Shown here: one piece after another, positions 8,819 to 18,447 of the stretch
Layout of the letters: every line of letters begins with the position of its first letter
Numbering within the stretch: the first letter of the stretch is position 1
Origin: Nitrospira sp.
Lineage (GTDB): Bacteria > Nitrospirota > Nitrospiria > Nitrospirales > Nitrospiraceae
Direction of reading: 5' to 3'
Assembly (NCBI GenBank): GCA_047150005.1
Contig: AP038806.1
Span: 2,656,001 to 2,720,000, forward strand
DNA: 64,000 nucleotides
The notes under the pieces: generated by a model
What the model was told of the DNA's origin: nothing
The model's input: only the letters and a program-made list of their open reading frames with translations
Database searches by the model: none
Made by a program: the position numbers and the translations under genes

Positions 8819-10375
8819 ATGATTCACGGTGAACCCGGCTCGATTGCACCCATGGATGAACACAATCGGGTCCTGCTGGAACATGTCCATCCCTCACATT
8901 GGGTGAACCCGGAGTCCAGCGCCCGGTATAACATCGTGGTGCTGGGGGCAGGAACCGCCGGCCTCATTACCGCCGTGGTCGCAGCCGGTATCGGGGCTAA
9001 GGTCGCATTGATCGAGCAGCATCTGATGGGGGGAGATTGCTTGAACGTCGGGTGCGTGCCGTCGAAAGCCGTCATTCGGGCGGCTCGTGCATGGTCGGAC
9101 TTGCGCAACGCGGCTGAGTTCGGACTTCGCATCCCACCCGGTGTCACGTACGACTTTGCAGCGGTGATGGAACGCATGCGCAGACTTCGGGCTCGCATCA
9201 GCCGTCATGATTCCGCTGGTCGGTATGCAGGATTAGGGGTTGACGTATATATCGGCCACGGACAGTTTACTGCTCCCGGAACCATTCGAGTGGAGGGGCC
9301 CGCCGGTGGACGAACGCTGACGTTCGCAAGGGCGGCAATCTGCACCGGAGCACGACCGACGGTTCCGCCGATTCCCGGCCTGAAGGAGGCGGGATGCCTG
9401 ACCAATGAGACGGTCTTCTCGCTCACGGAGCTGCCGCGGCGGCTTGCGGTGATCGGCGCCGGTCCCATCGGGTGCGAGTTGGCGCAGTCGTTCGCTCGGT
9501 TTGGGAGCCGCGTGCATGTCTTCGAGACGCAACATGGGGTGCTTCAACGAGAGGATCGTGATGCCGCGGAGATCCTGCAAGGCCGGATGGAACGCGACGG
9601 CGTGAGCGTCTTCTGTTGCGCAAAGGATCTCCATGTGAGCACGAGTGAGGACGGGACGCACGTGACTCTGACGTCGCACGGTGAACGGCATCATGTGACC
9701 GTCGATCGGATCCTCCTCGGTACCGGCAGAACGGCCAATGTGGAGGATCTCGGTCTTGAGGCAATCGGGGTGGAGATCGACGACGCCGGCGTGAAGGTGA
9801 ATGCCCGGCTGCAAACGACCAATCACACGATCTACGCGGCGGGCGACGTCTGCGCCCGATACAAATTCACCCATGCCGCCGATGCCATGGCGCAAGTCGT
9901 CGTTCAGAACGCCCTCTTTCCTCATCCGTTCGGACTGGCCTATGCGAGCGTCGATTCCTTAACCATACCCTGGTGCACGTATACCCAACCGGAGGTGGCT
10001 CACATCGGGCTCTATGAACACGATGCCAAGGCGTTGGGCATCGAGGTCGAAACGTATACGTACCGATTGGATGAAGTGGATCGTGCCGTCCTTGACGGTG
10101 AGGAGGAAGGCTTTGCCAGAATTCATGTTCGCAAAGGGAGCGACAGGATTCTCGGCGCGACGATCGTCGCGGCCCATGCCGGTGATATGATCAGCGAGTT
10201 CTCGGTACTCATGAAGGCCGGGGCGGGGGCCAAGACGATCGCGGCCGCCATTCATCCCTATCCGACACAAGCCGAGGCCAATAAGAAAGTAGCAAATCTT
10301 TGGCGGAAAGCCCGTTTTACAGAAGGACAAAAGAGCATCTTGAAAAAGTGGTTTGTCTGGACACGAAGAGGATGA
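8819..10375 (+). CDS. Pyridine nucleotide-disulfide oxidoreductase (MerA-like / dihydrolipoamide dehydrogenase family)
   Basis: GAGTAG, GGDCLNVGCVPSK, GAGPIGCE, HPYPT; lacks the C-terminal Cys-Cys of true MerA. Confidence 0.9.
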   Translation: MIHGEPGSIAPMDEHNRVLLEHVHPSHWVNPESSARYNIVVLGAGTAGLITAVVAAGIGAKVALIEQHLMGGDCLNVGCVPSKAVIRAARAWSDLRNAAEFGLRIPPGVTYDFAAVMERMRRLRARISRHDSAGRYAGLGVDVYIGHGQFTAPGTIRVEGPAGGRTLTFARAAICTGARPTVPPIPGLKEAGCLTNETVFSLTELPRRLAVIGAGPIGCELAQSFARFGSRVHVFETQHGVLQREDRDAAEILQGRMERDGVSVFCCAKDLHVSTSEDGTHVTLTSHGERHHVTVDRILLGTGRTANVEDLGLEAIGVEIDDAGVKVNARLQTTNHTIYAAGDVCARYKFTHAADAMAQVVVQNALFPHPFGLAYASVDSLTIPWCTYTQPEVAHIGLYEHDAKALGIEVETYTYRLDEVDRAVLDGEEEGFARIHVRKGSDRILGATIVAAHAGDMISEFSVLMKAGAGAKTIAAAIHPYPTQAEANKKVANLWRKARFTEGQKSILKKWFVWTRRG

Positions 10376-11121
10376 AAAGGGGATTGATCACACCGGTCTG
10401 CTTTTGCGCCTGCTCCCTGATCTTCGGACCTGCCGATGCTCCGGCGGATTCGACCCCTATGCTCCGAGTGGGAGAGTTCTCCGCAGCGCGAATCGGACAG
10501 GGGTTCCCAGAAGGCTGGAAGCCGCTCACATTCAAGAAGATTCTCCGCCACACGATCTACGAGGTGGTGGCCGACGACGAGAAAGTCGTTGTGAAGGCCG
10601 TCAGTGAAGCGGCGGCTTCAGGTTTGGTCAGACAGGTCACGATCGATCCGAAAGAGTTTCCGATGGTGAGGTGGAGTTGGAAGATCGAGAATCTGCTGAA
10701 GAAGAGCGATGTTGCGCTCAAGCAAGGCGATGATTATCCGGCCAGGCTCTACATCACTTTTGCCTACGACCCCGACAAGATCGGCTTTTCAAGGAAACTC
10801 AAATACATGGCCGGGAAAGCCATTTTCGGGGATATTCCCATCGCCGCGTTGAACTACATCTGGGAAACCAGAACTCCCGTCGAGAGCATCGTTCCGAACG
10901 CCTATACCGATTTCGCTCAAATGATTGTCGTCGAAAGCGGGCAGGAGAAAGTCGGACAGTGGGTTGAGGAGGAGCGAAATATTTATGAGGATTACAAGAA
11001 GGCTTTCGGCGGAGAGCCCTCTTTGATCAATGGGGTGGCGATCATGACCGACACGGACGATACCAGGGAACGGGCCGTGGCCTTCTACGGCGACATTGAA
11101 TTTCGACGCTCCGGACGATGA
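10372..11121 (+). CDS. DUF3047-domain exported protein
   Basis: ATGA overlap; WSWK, GDDYPARLY, LNYIW, WVEEERNIYEDY, IMTDTDDT, FYGDIEF. Confidence 0.85.
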   Translation: MKRGLITPVCFCACSLIFGPADAPADSTPMLRVGEFSAARIGQGFPEGWKPLTFKKILRHTIYEVVADDEKVVVKAVSEAAASGLVRQVTIDPKEFPMVRWSWKIENLLKKSDVALKQGDDYPARLYITFAYDPDKIGFSRKLKYMAGKAIFGDIPIAALNYIWETRTPVESIVPNAYTDFAQMIVVESGQEKVGQWVEEERNIYEDYKKAFGGEPSLINGVAIMTDTDDTRERAVAFYGDIEFRRSGR

Positions 11122-11141
11122 GTCGCAGAGGCCGAGGAAAT

Positions 11142-11173
11142 GAAGAGGCCGACCCGTCGGGGGCGGCCTCTTC
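11142..11173. terminator. Hairpin between convergent genes (probable terminator)
   Basis: GAAGAGGCCG (11142-11151) / CGGCCTCTTC (11164-11173), perfect 10-bp stem. Confidence 0.7.
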
Positions 11174-11217
11174 CGGAGACGAGCACGTTCGTGCAGGTGC
11201 GTGGACTCTGCGGGGTG

Positions 11218-11610
11218 TTATTGAATAGAGTTGGCGAACCCACCCCTAGTGATCTCTGCGCGAACAGTGTCCCCGACTTTCTTTTGCTTCATCTGCTTGG
11301 TCCCCTGCCCGACATAGAGCTTGACCTGGTTGCCTTCATAGTCTTCAACGGTGTAGGCGTTGCCTTCGATGTGCTTCACGGTCCCGCCGATCGTCTTCCA
11401 GGCTGGTCCGGGTTTTTCATCGAGCCGCCCGGCCTTGGACACCTCCTGAGTTTGTGGGACCGCTCCCATAGACGAGGCCGCCGCCGCGGCGGACGAATAG
11501 GATTGCGATTTCTTGGAATTCTTGGCCGAGGCCGTTCCTGCGACAAGAAGGGCAATGGCCGTTGTTGCCGCCAACATGGAAAGCAGGATCGTCTTGTCTG
11601 TCTTGATCAT
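11218..11610 (-). CDS. Small exported protein with an OB-fold-like beta C-terminus
   Basis: GGAGG RBS; signal peptide; TIGGTVKHIEGNAYTVED...VGDTVRAEI. Confidence 0.8.
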   Translation of the reverse strand: MIKTDKTILLSMLAATTAIALLVAGTASAKNSKKSQSYSSAAAAASSMGAVPQTQEVSKAGRLDEKPGPAWKTIGGTVKHIEGNAYTVEDYEGNQVKLYVGQGTKQMKQKKVGDTVRAEITRGGFANSIQ

Positions 11611-11657
11611 GGAAACCTCCTTAAGGCAATGATTATTCAGCACAAAGACACAGCGCC

Positions 11658-11673
11658 AGCAAGGCACGTGCCC
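11658..11673 (-). promoter_or_regulatory. Sigma-54 (-24/-12) promoter
   Basis: Minus strand GGGCACGTGCCTTGCT = GG-N10-GC consensus, about 50 bp upstream of the ATG at 11610. Confidence 0.7.
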
Positions 11674-11979
11674 AGGCCTGCTCTCTTCTTCGACATTGGA
11701 AATACAGAGAGTTTTGATGACATGTCGAAGCTGAAGTCATGGGATGGTCCGTGCCCAGAGAAAAAACGGCACGGAACTGTGCAAATATGACCGTCTGGAC
11801 CGAAACGGCATGAGGTGCGGCATGCACAGACCAGTTCTCATGAGGCAGTGCCTGACTGGTTTCGATCCGGAGTCGAAACCGGGTATGTTCTCCGGAACTC
11901 GTGAACGCGAAGGGAGCGGGTGCTCCTGAACTAGTCTGTGAACCGGTGGTTCGATCGGATCTTTTTAGGAGGACGAGTT

Positions 11980-12522
11980 ATGCGACGTGCGGCGTGGGTG
12001 CTGGTAGGTGTGAGCATGTTGGGAACCGGTCCCGTGGCCGCGCAGCTTCTGCCCCCTGCCTCGGACGATGTGAAAATTCAGGTGACCCAGCAGGAGATGG
12101 ATGAGGATGCTGCTGGGCGGAATCCGACCAGCCATGCCGAAGCCATGGCCCGGCAATTTCACGTGGAGAAGGACGTCGTCCAGCAATTGCGGCAAGCCAA
12201 GGTGGGGTGGGGAGAAATCGGCATTCGACTCGCATTCGCACAGGAACTGACCAAGCAGGATGCCAAGAGTTTCCCGTCGGTGGGAGACGCACTTTCAACA
12301 GTGAGCGATCAACGTGGCAACAGGATCAGATGGGGAATCATGGCGAGCGAGTTCGGCATCGACCTTGGACAGGTCGTCACCCAGGCCCAGCACGTTCGGC
12401 AGCAGATGCGGGCCGAAGCCAAGAAAGAAGCAACGGCTGGGGTGGTCAAGCCCGGAGGACCCCCGTCGGATCGGACGAGCAAGCGAGACGTCGTACCGAA
12501 GCGGGGCGGCGCCTCCCAATAG
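11980..12522 (+). CDS. Exported hypothetical protein with two WG-x-I/M helical repeats
   Basis: AGGAGG RBS; signal peptide; GWGEIG and RWGIMA repeats. Confidence 0.7.
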   Translation: MRRAAWVLVGVSMLGTGPVAAQLLPPASDDVKIQVTQQEMDEDAAGRNPTSHAEAMARQFHVEKDVVQQLRQAKVGWGEIGIRLAFAQELTKQDAKSFPSVGDALSTVSDQRGNRIRWGIMASEFGIDLGQVVTQAQHVRQQMRAEAKKEATAGVVKPGGPPSDRTSKRDVVPKRGGASQ

Positions 12523-12533
12523 GATCAGCTCCG

Positions 12534-13883
12534 GTGCTGGAGACCAACGTGAGACGCCGTCGCCCGGTCCGCCGTCAATCCCATCCTGTCGGTCTGCTCC
12601 GGAAGCTTTCGCGCGAGCACCGTTCCTTGCTCCGTGGTCTCGGAAGGATGGCGGACGAACAGCGCGTAGCATTGTATCTGGTGGGCGGAGTGGTCCGAGA
12701 TCTGCTGTTGCACCGCCATAATCTGGATCTCGATGTGGCCGTGGAAGGTGACGGGCTAGCGTTCGCCCGCCTTGTTTGTCGACGGTATCGCGCGACTGCG
12801 ATGTTCTTTGAGAAATTTGCGACCGCCCGCTTGCGATTGCCGAACGGGTTGAAGCTCGACGTCGCCTCCACCCGCAGGGAATCCTACGTGCGTGCGGCTG
12901 CGCTGCCGTCGGTTGAGCCGGCGGCCTTGCGGGATGACCTGCGTCGCCGGGATTTTACGATCAACGCCATGGCGATTGGGTTGAATGCCGGTACGTTCGG
13001 GCGATTAGAGGATCCGTTCGGAGGCGTCCGGGATCTCAGAGCCAAGACGATCCGGGTTCTCCACGAGGGAAGTTTTCAAGATGACCCGACCCGTATTTTC
13101 CGCGCAATCCGGTTTGCGGAGCGGCTCGGCTTCGTCATTGAACCGGAAACCACGCGTCTCCTTGCTGCGGTGGCCGCTACGGATCTCGTCGAACGTTTAT
13201 CCGGCCCTCGCCTTCGGAACGAAATATTTCTTTTGCTCGGCGAGCGACGGCCCGGCCTGGTGGTGGAACGGTTGGTCAGACTGAAACTCCTGCGATTTCT
13301 TCATCCCAGGCTGCGATACGGAAAAACGGGCAGGCAGGTGTTGGAGTCTGTTCCCTCTGCGCTGGCGTGGTGGGGAGCAGAACGAGGTCATCAATCCGTG
13401 GACGTACCGACGCTCCGCCTGATGGCGCTGCTTTCACAGTCGGATCCGTCGGTGATTCGAGTGGTGGCACAGCGTCTGCAACTCTCCTCGGCGCAGGCTT
13501 TGGCCTTGTCCTACGCAAGTGCTCTCACCTCGCAGGTGCTGATGGACCTGTCGAGGGACCGAATCCCGCCGTCCCAGGTGTACCGCCGTTTGACGGGGCT
13601 GCCTGACGAGGCGCTCGTGTTGTTGGTCGCCAAGGCTCAGGCGTCGGTAGACCGTCAGGCAGCGGGTCTGGTGAGGCAACGTCTCCTTCGCTATCTCCGA
13701 AGAGATCGTCATGTCGAAACGACCGTCGGTGGAAGCGACCTCAAGAAGCTGGGGCTTAAGCCCGGTCCTCGATTCAAGATCATCCTGGATCGTCTGTTGG
13801 ATGCGCGGATCGACGGGACGGTGAGGTCCGCGGCCGAGGAGAAGAGGTTGGTCTCACGTCTGGTCCTGCAATCCGCAGGATGA
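12534..13883 (+). CDS. Class II tRNA nucleotidyltransferase (CCA/A-adding family); start uncertain
   Basis: YLVGGVVRD, DLDVAVEGD, RRDFTINAMA, DPFGG, DDPTRIFRAIRF. Confidence 0.88.
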   Translation: MLETNVRRRRPVRRQSHPVGLLRKLSREHRSLLRGLGRMADEQRVALYLVGGVVRDLLLHRHNLDLDVAVEGDGLAFARLVCRRYRATAMFFEKFATARLRLPNGLKLDVASTRRESYVRAAALPSVEPAALRDDLRRRDFTINAMAIGLNAGTFGRLEDPFGGVRDLRAKTIRVLHEGSFQDDPTRIFRAIRFAERLGFVIEPETTRLLAAVAATDLVERLSGPRLRNEIFLLLGERRPGLVVERLVRLKLLRFLHPRLRYGKTGRQVLESVPSALAWWGAERGHQSVDVPTLRLMALLSQSDPSVIRVVAQRLQLSSAQALALSYASALTSQVLMDLSRDRIPPSQVYRRLTGLPDEALVLLVAKAQASVDRQAAGLVRQRLLRYLRRDRHVETTVGGSDLKKLGLKPGPRFKIILDRLLDARIDGTVRSAAEEKRLVSRLVLQSAG

Positions 13884-13925
13884 ACGATGGCAGGAACGGT
13901 CGGCTTGAAGTACCGACCGCGGCCT

Positions 13926-14531
13926 CTATAGCGTCAAGAGCCGCTTGTCGGTTTCCATCTTGCCGAATAAATCGCGAAACGCGGCATGAAGGGCTCGTTC
14001 CATCGCGGCCTTGTCCTTCTTGTCGCCAGGCATCTTTCCGAATCCGGAATACCGCATCAAGGATCGGCCGGTTCGAGGGTCGCTGAGAGTGGCATCCGTC
14101 ACGGCGAGATAGATCTGACTGAAGTCGGAAGCCACGCTGGGGTCGACATACATATTGATGCGGAGCGTCAGATCCAAATCCGCCGTCCCTTCCTGCATGA
14201 CACTCCGAAAGGTTTTCCTCGTCGTCAGATACTTGACGGTCGCGCGTTCCCAATCGGCCGGGTCGTTGGTGGACAGCAATGGGGCGGTCGTGCGGCTCAC
14301 CCGGCTCTGCAGTTGTGGGTCCGCATCCATGCTCGCCCCCGGTTCGACTTCAAAGGTTCCGACTTCGCTGACTTTCACCTTGGCCGAATAGGGGAGGGTG
14401 GAACTCGCGGGGACGACGGGAGTCGGATCGAATGGCGCACGGTGACACCCTGCCGACAGGACGAGCGCAAGTGCTGAGAGGCCCAGTGCCGTCCATGCGA
14501 TGGAGACAGGAACTTTCAACGTGGATGTCAT
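13926..14531 (-). CDS. Hypothetical lipoprotein
   Basis: Lipobox LSAGC; GAGGGG RBS. Confidence 0.7.
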   Translation of the reverse strand: MTSTLKVPVSIAWTALGLSALALVLSAGCHRAPFDPTPVVPASSTLPYSAKVKVSEVGTFEVEPGASMDADPQLQSRVSRTTAPLLSTNDPADWERATVKYLTTRKTFRSVMQEGTADLDLTLRINMYVDPSVASDFSQIYLAVTDATLSDPRTGRSLMRYSGFGKMPGDKKDKAAMERALHAAFRDLFGKMETDKRLLTL

Positions 14532-14718
14532 CGGCCGCCCCCTCTGGTAGGTTGCAGATCGCAAGTCAAATCCGCAGCCGGATTTTAACTTACACCCCGA
14601 TGCGTCCTGCTGCAATGGGCTCGGTTGGCGGAGAGCCACCGGGACTGCCATCGACGTTCATCTCGGATGGTGGCACAAGCTTGACTTGAGAGTTCGTCGG
14701 AGACCAGATTGCTCCCCC

Positions 14719-15058
14719 ATGGCATCCCCCATCACTCATGCGGTTGTGGCGGTCGGGCTCCGGGTCCCGCGCGTCCCTCTCCGGTACTGGGCGCTCGGGA
14801 TCTTCTGCGCGGAAGTGCCGGATTTGGATGCATTCGGTTTCTGGGCCGGGCTTCCCTATGATTCGCTGTGGGGGCATCGAGGCGTGACTCATTCCGTTCT
14901 GTTCGCGATGCTGCTGAGTTGGCTGCCAGGTTTCTTCCATGTCGCTTTGGGATCTCCTGGGTCCGCACGGAGTGAACGTGCTGATAAGCGAATGCGCCTG
15001 GGTATGGGTTCCCTGCGCCTCGTTCATGGCAGGAGCGACTGTGACCAGAGGAAGGTAG
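14719..15058 (+). pseudogene. YdjM/YbcI-family metal-dependent membrane hydrolase pseudogene (internal deletion plus frameshift)
   Basis: N-half MASPITHA..PDLD..LWGHRGVTHS; family-like C-terminus QVSSMSLWDLLGPHGVNVLISECAWVWVP in another frame; central H-x-x-x-D segment absent. Confidence 0.7.
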
Positions 15059-15138
15059 GGACGGGCGGCCAATCGGCTGACAAACTCTTGAGCGGGATCG
15101 TCTCCCGGCGAGGGGGAGACGAACGGACTCGGTTCTGC

Positions 15139-15822
15139 TCAGCCCATCGGAATGATGGTGGTTGAGACTTCATTCGGCAACAGCACCGTGATCATCATCC
15201 CGTCTTGGCCGTTCGGCTGAAGCAGTGCGAACAGCGGAACCGGTTGCGGTACGGTGTTGGGCGGAATCGTCAACAGCGCGGGAAAGTCGATCAAAGGAGA
15301 AATGGTCGCCTGAGCAGCCAGACGGAGCCGCAACGCCATAAGCACGTCTCTCAGCCGCGCGGATTGTTCTTCCTGAGTCGTGATCCCGTTGGGCGCGATG
15401 CCGGTCTTCCACAGGGTGCGCGTCAGGTTGACAGCGAAGGAAAATCCCAATTGCTTGGCAGCGGGCGTCACATCGATGAGAGCGCCTGTTTCGAGAGCCT
15501 GGGCAACAGGAATTCCTTCGGGCAAGACAGACGACTCGAGTTTCTGTGCCGGTTCCCCGTGTCGGGAAGACCCCGGTTCGGAAGACTCTGTTTCGGGGTC
15601 GGCTGCGTGTTGCGCGGCGCTGTCGTTTGCCGCTGATACGTGATGGTCTGTGGGGCTGTCGGTCTCGATGTCGGATATCTGGGGCAATGCCTTCACAATG
15701 CCGTCATAGACGGTGCGAGCTCTTGCCGACCAGATGGGGTTGAACGGGCGGCGCGTAAACGCCGCCTCCGCCGCTTTCTTCTCGTCATTGGTCAGGAATT
15801 CGCCGGTAGTTTGCGTATCCAT
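15139..15822 (-). CDS. Hypothetical protein with a DUF6573-like C-terminal domain
   Basis: AQALETGALIDVT..AKQLGF...VNLTRTLW...RLRDVL...ITVLLPNE resembles DUF6573 (recalled pattern). Confidence 0.65.
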   Translation of the reverse strand: MDTQTTGEFLTNDEKKAAEAAFTRRPFNPIWSARARTVYDGIVKALPQISDIETDSPTDHHVSAANDSAAQHAADPETESSEPGSSRHGEPAQKLESSVLPEGIPVAQALETGALIDVTPAAKQLGFSFAVNLTRTLWKTGIAPNGITTQEEQSARLRDVLMALRLRLAAQATISPLIDFPALLTIPPNTVPQPVPLFALLQPNGQDGMMITVLLPNEVSTTIIPMG

Positions 15823-15934
15823 AGATAGAGGAAGTAAGCACGCTGCACGTGAAGTCAAGGGAGGATGGCAGGCTTCGCGTTCGACCGGGCGAGCCGGGGT
15901 GTGATCAGGCTGCTGGAAGAGATTTTCCCCATCC

Positions 15935-15943
15935 TGCTATAGT
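15935..15943 (+). promoter_or_regulatory. Extended -10 promoter, probable leaderless transcript
   Basis: TGCTATAGT 8 nt before ATG 15952; no strong SD. Confidence 0.55.
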
Positions 15944-15951
15944 CGAAGGCG

Positions 15952-16587
15952 ATGCGTATCGACTTTTACCGAATCCTGGGCGTCAGCCGCGAGGCTTCCG
16001 ATGAGACCATCAAGAAGGCCTATCGGAAACTGGTGTTTGAGCATCATCCGGACCGGAATCCCAACAGCCGGACCGCCGAAGCCAGGATCCGCGAGATCAA
16101 TGCTGCGTATGAGATCGTCGGCGATCCGGAAAAGCGGCGGAGCTACGATCGGCTGCACTGGGGCGACGAGACCAGGGACGATGTCGTCGACACGGCCGTC
16201 ATTCTCGATGAGATGGAAAAAAAGCTCTTCGACGAGGGACGGAAAGAACTCTTTGCGGTCCTCATGAAGAATGTCCGTCGAATCAAGGACGAGCTCGTCG
16301 TAATCCGTGAACGGACGGTGGCCGATCAGGGATACGATTCATTCAAGGAAACGATCATCCACGCGCGCGCGGCCGAAATCCTGGAGGAATTCATCACCGA
16401 CGAAATGGAGGGTCGTGCGGAGCGCCTGGTCGAGGTGGCCACGCAGATGATGGTCTCGCAAGGGGTGGTCGGGAAAAACGATGAGCCGGGCGTTCGCGCA
16501 CTCCGCAAAGGGCTCGGCGCGATGATCCGCAAAGGGCGCATCCACGGCTACGCCTCGGCGCTGGAATTATTCTACGAACGGCGCTAA
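15952..16587 (+). CDS. J-domain (type III DnaJ) protein
   Basis: DFYRILGV..IKKAYRKL..HHPDRN..INAAYEI..YD. Confidence 0.9.
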   Translation: MRIDFYRILGVSREASDETIKKAYRKLVFEHHPDRNPNSRTAEARIREINAAYEIVGDPEKRRSYDRLHWGDETRDDVVDTAVILDEMEKKLFDEGRKELFAVLMKNVRRIKDELVVIRERTVADQGYDSFKETIIHARAAEILEEFITDEMEGRAERLVEVATQMMVSQGVVGKNDEPGVRALRKGLGAMIRKGRIHGYASALELFYERR

Positions 16588-16611
16588 GAAATACTGCTGG
16601 GAACCCAAAAC

Positions 16612-17826
16612 TCAATCTTGCGCAAGAGCGCCTGAAACGAATTGTCCCGCCTTCATCACGCCGACAATCCGATCCGGCTCGCAGAGCACCCCAATCCGCT
16701 TGAGCGGGTTGCCGTCGACCAGCAGGAGATCGGCCTGCCGTTTCGGATGAATCGTCCCGACGGAGTTCTGTAATCCCAGCAACTCTGCGGCCTCCGCCGT
16801 CGCCGAGAGAATCGCGTTCATGGCCGTCATGCCCAACGCGACCATGCGCTCCAATTCCTGGGTGTTCTCTCCATGGAAGTTGAACGGGGTGCCAGCATCC
16901 GTGCCCATGGCGATGCGGAGACCGCTCCGGTAGGCCTGCGTGAAGCTCCGCTGATGCCGCTTCGTCATCGCTCTGGCCTTGTCCAACACGCTGTCCGGAA
17001 TCCCGCAGCCGCGCCGGCATGCCGCGGTGGTCGCCAGCGCGGACAGGGTCGGGACGGCGAATACGCCGTGCTCTCGCATGAGGCCGACGGTCTCGTCATC
17101 GAGCAGCGTGGCGTGCTCGATCGAATGGACGCCGGCCCGGATGGCGTTCCTCATGCCGGAGGCGCCGTGGGCGTGCGCCGCCACCTTTTTCCCGGCTTCC
17201 TGGGCAACCGTCACGGCGGCCGCCATCTCTCGTTCGGTCATTTGCGCGAGATCCGGTGAGGTGCCGGGGGTCAGGACCCCGCCCGAGGCGATGACCTTGA
17301 TGACTCCGGCTCCGGCGGCGAGCTGCTCGCGGGCGACGGCGCGCACCTGAGCCTCTCCCTCGACCTCTCTCCCGATGAAGCGGGCGTGGCCTCCGATCAT
17401 GCAGATCGCGAGCCCTGATCCGACGATTCGGGGACCTGGAAGAATCCCCGCATCGATGGCCCGTTGCAGGGCAAAAATGGAATGATCGCGGGAACCCACG
17501 TCCCGAACCGTCGTGATGCCGGCTTCGAGGGTCTGCCTGGCGCGTCGCGCCGCCTTCAGCAGTGTGAACGAGGGACTGTCCTGTTCGACGGCCGCCACGA
17601 CGTCCGCTTCGCTGCCGAGACACAAGTGGACGTGACAGTCGATCAAGCCCGGCAGCACCGTCAGTCCGCGGCCGTCGATGATTCGGGCTCCGCGAGGAAC
17701 GGACAGGTTCCGATGATCGCCCACGGCGGCGATGCGGTCCCCACGAACAACGACCGTGGCCTTGTCCCATGCGCGCCCGGTTCCGTCGATCACCCGAGCG
17801 GAGCGGATAGCAAGGATCCCGGTCAT
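16612..17826 (-). CDS. Metal-dependent amidohydrolase (Xaa-Pro dipeptidase-like)
   Basis: PGLIDCHVH, IKVIASGG, AHAHG, SIEH, GTDAG, ADLLLVDGNPL. Confidence 0.88.
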   Translation of the reverse strand: MTGILAIRSARVIDGTGRAWDKATVVVRGDRIAAVGDHRNLSVPRGARIIDGRGLTVLPGLIDCHVHLCLGSEADVVAAVEQDSPSFTLLKAARRARQTLEAGITTVRDVGSRDHSIFALQRAIDAGILPGPRIVGSGLAICMIGGHARFIGREVEGEAQVRAVAREQLAAGAGVIKVIASGGVLTPGTSPDLAQMTEREMAAAVTVAQEAGKKVAAHAHGASGMRNAIRAGVHSIEHATLLDDETVGLMREHGVFAVPTLSALATTAACRRGCGIPDSVLDKARAMTKRHQRSFTQAYRSGLRIAMGTDAGTPFNFHGENTQELERMVALGMTAMNAILSATAEAAELLGLQNSVGTIHPKRQADLLLVDGNPLKRIGVLCEPDRIVGVMKAGQFVSGALAQD

Positions 17827-18428
17827 GGTGCGTCGATCGGAAGGGTGATGATGATGCCGCCCATCACGTCGCCGACCTTGAAGTCGCGTCGGGGACTGTT
17901 GGGATGTTGGTTGTGGCACGTGACGCAGGACTGATTGACCGCATAATCCGGATAGATGGATTGGTAGAACCGGCCGCCCTCCAGCTTGACGAACCCCTGG
18001 AACGGCTTCTCGGGATCTTTTGCCACGGCGTCGAGCCCTCGCCTTTCGAAGTCGGTATTGGCTCCGTTCCAGGCATAGATCGGCGTCAGGCTGGCCAGCC
18101 GGAACGAAAACTTGAGATCCTTCTGGGCGACCAACCGGCCGGTCTCGAGCAGGAACTGCGCGGGCAACGGGACGCCTCGTTCATCTTTCCAATGCTCGAT
18201 CGCCTCCGCGATGCCGGCGGCGTGGAGCTTGTTGACGACATTTTCCGTATAATTCTTCCGGTTGGCTTCGATCAGCGCATGAATGTAGGAGGAAGCCTTG
18301 TCCGGCGGGACCAAGTCGGATTTCATATGATTCGCCAGCGTCAGGGCGAAAATCCAATAGGCGGTGACGGCGACGAACGCAAAGGCTCCGCCGCCGAGCA
18401 CCCACAACAAGGGCTTGTTGTCCGACAT
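17823..18428 (-). CDS. Membrane-anchored DUF3365 (Tll0287-like) monoheme c protein
   Basis: N-terminal TM; CVTCH heme-c motif; FKVGDVMGGIII. Confidence 0.85.
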   Translation of the reverse strand: MSDNKPLLWVLGGGAFAFVAVTAYWIFALTLANHMKSDLVPPDKASSYIHALIEANRKNYTENVVNKLHAAGIAEAIEHWKDERGVPLPAQFLLETGRLVAQKDLKFSFRLASLTPIYAWNGANTDFERRGLDAVAKDPEKPFQGFVKLEGGRFYQSIYPDYAVNQSCVTCHNQHPNSPRRDFKVGDVMGGIIITLPIDAP

Positions 18429-18447
18429 GGATAGTGACCCTCCCAGG

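Noticed and set aside
8819..10375. Mercuric reductase / mercury resistance
   Set aside because: No C-terminal Cys-Cys, no N-terminal metal-binding domain, and no merR/T/P nearby
11767..11783. Second sigma-54 site CGGCACGGAACTGTGCA
   Set aside because: GG-to-GC spacing is 11, not the required 10
12207..12533. N-terminal extension of the nucleotidyltransferase ORF
   Set aside because: Overlaps the upstream gene out of frame and has non-protein-like composition
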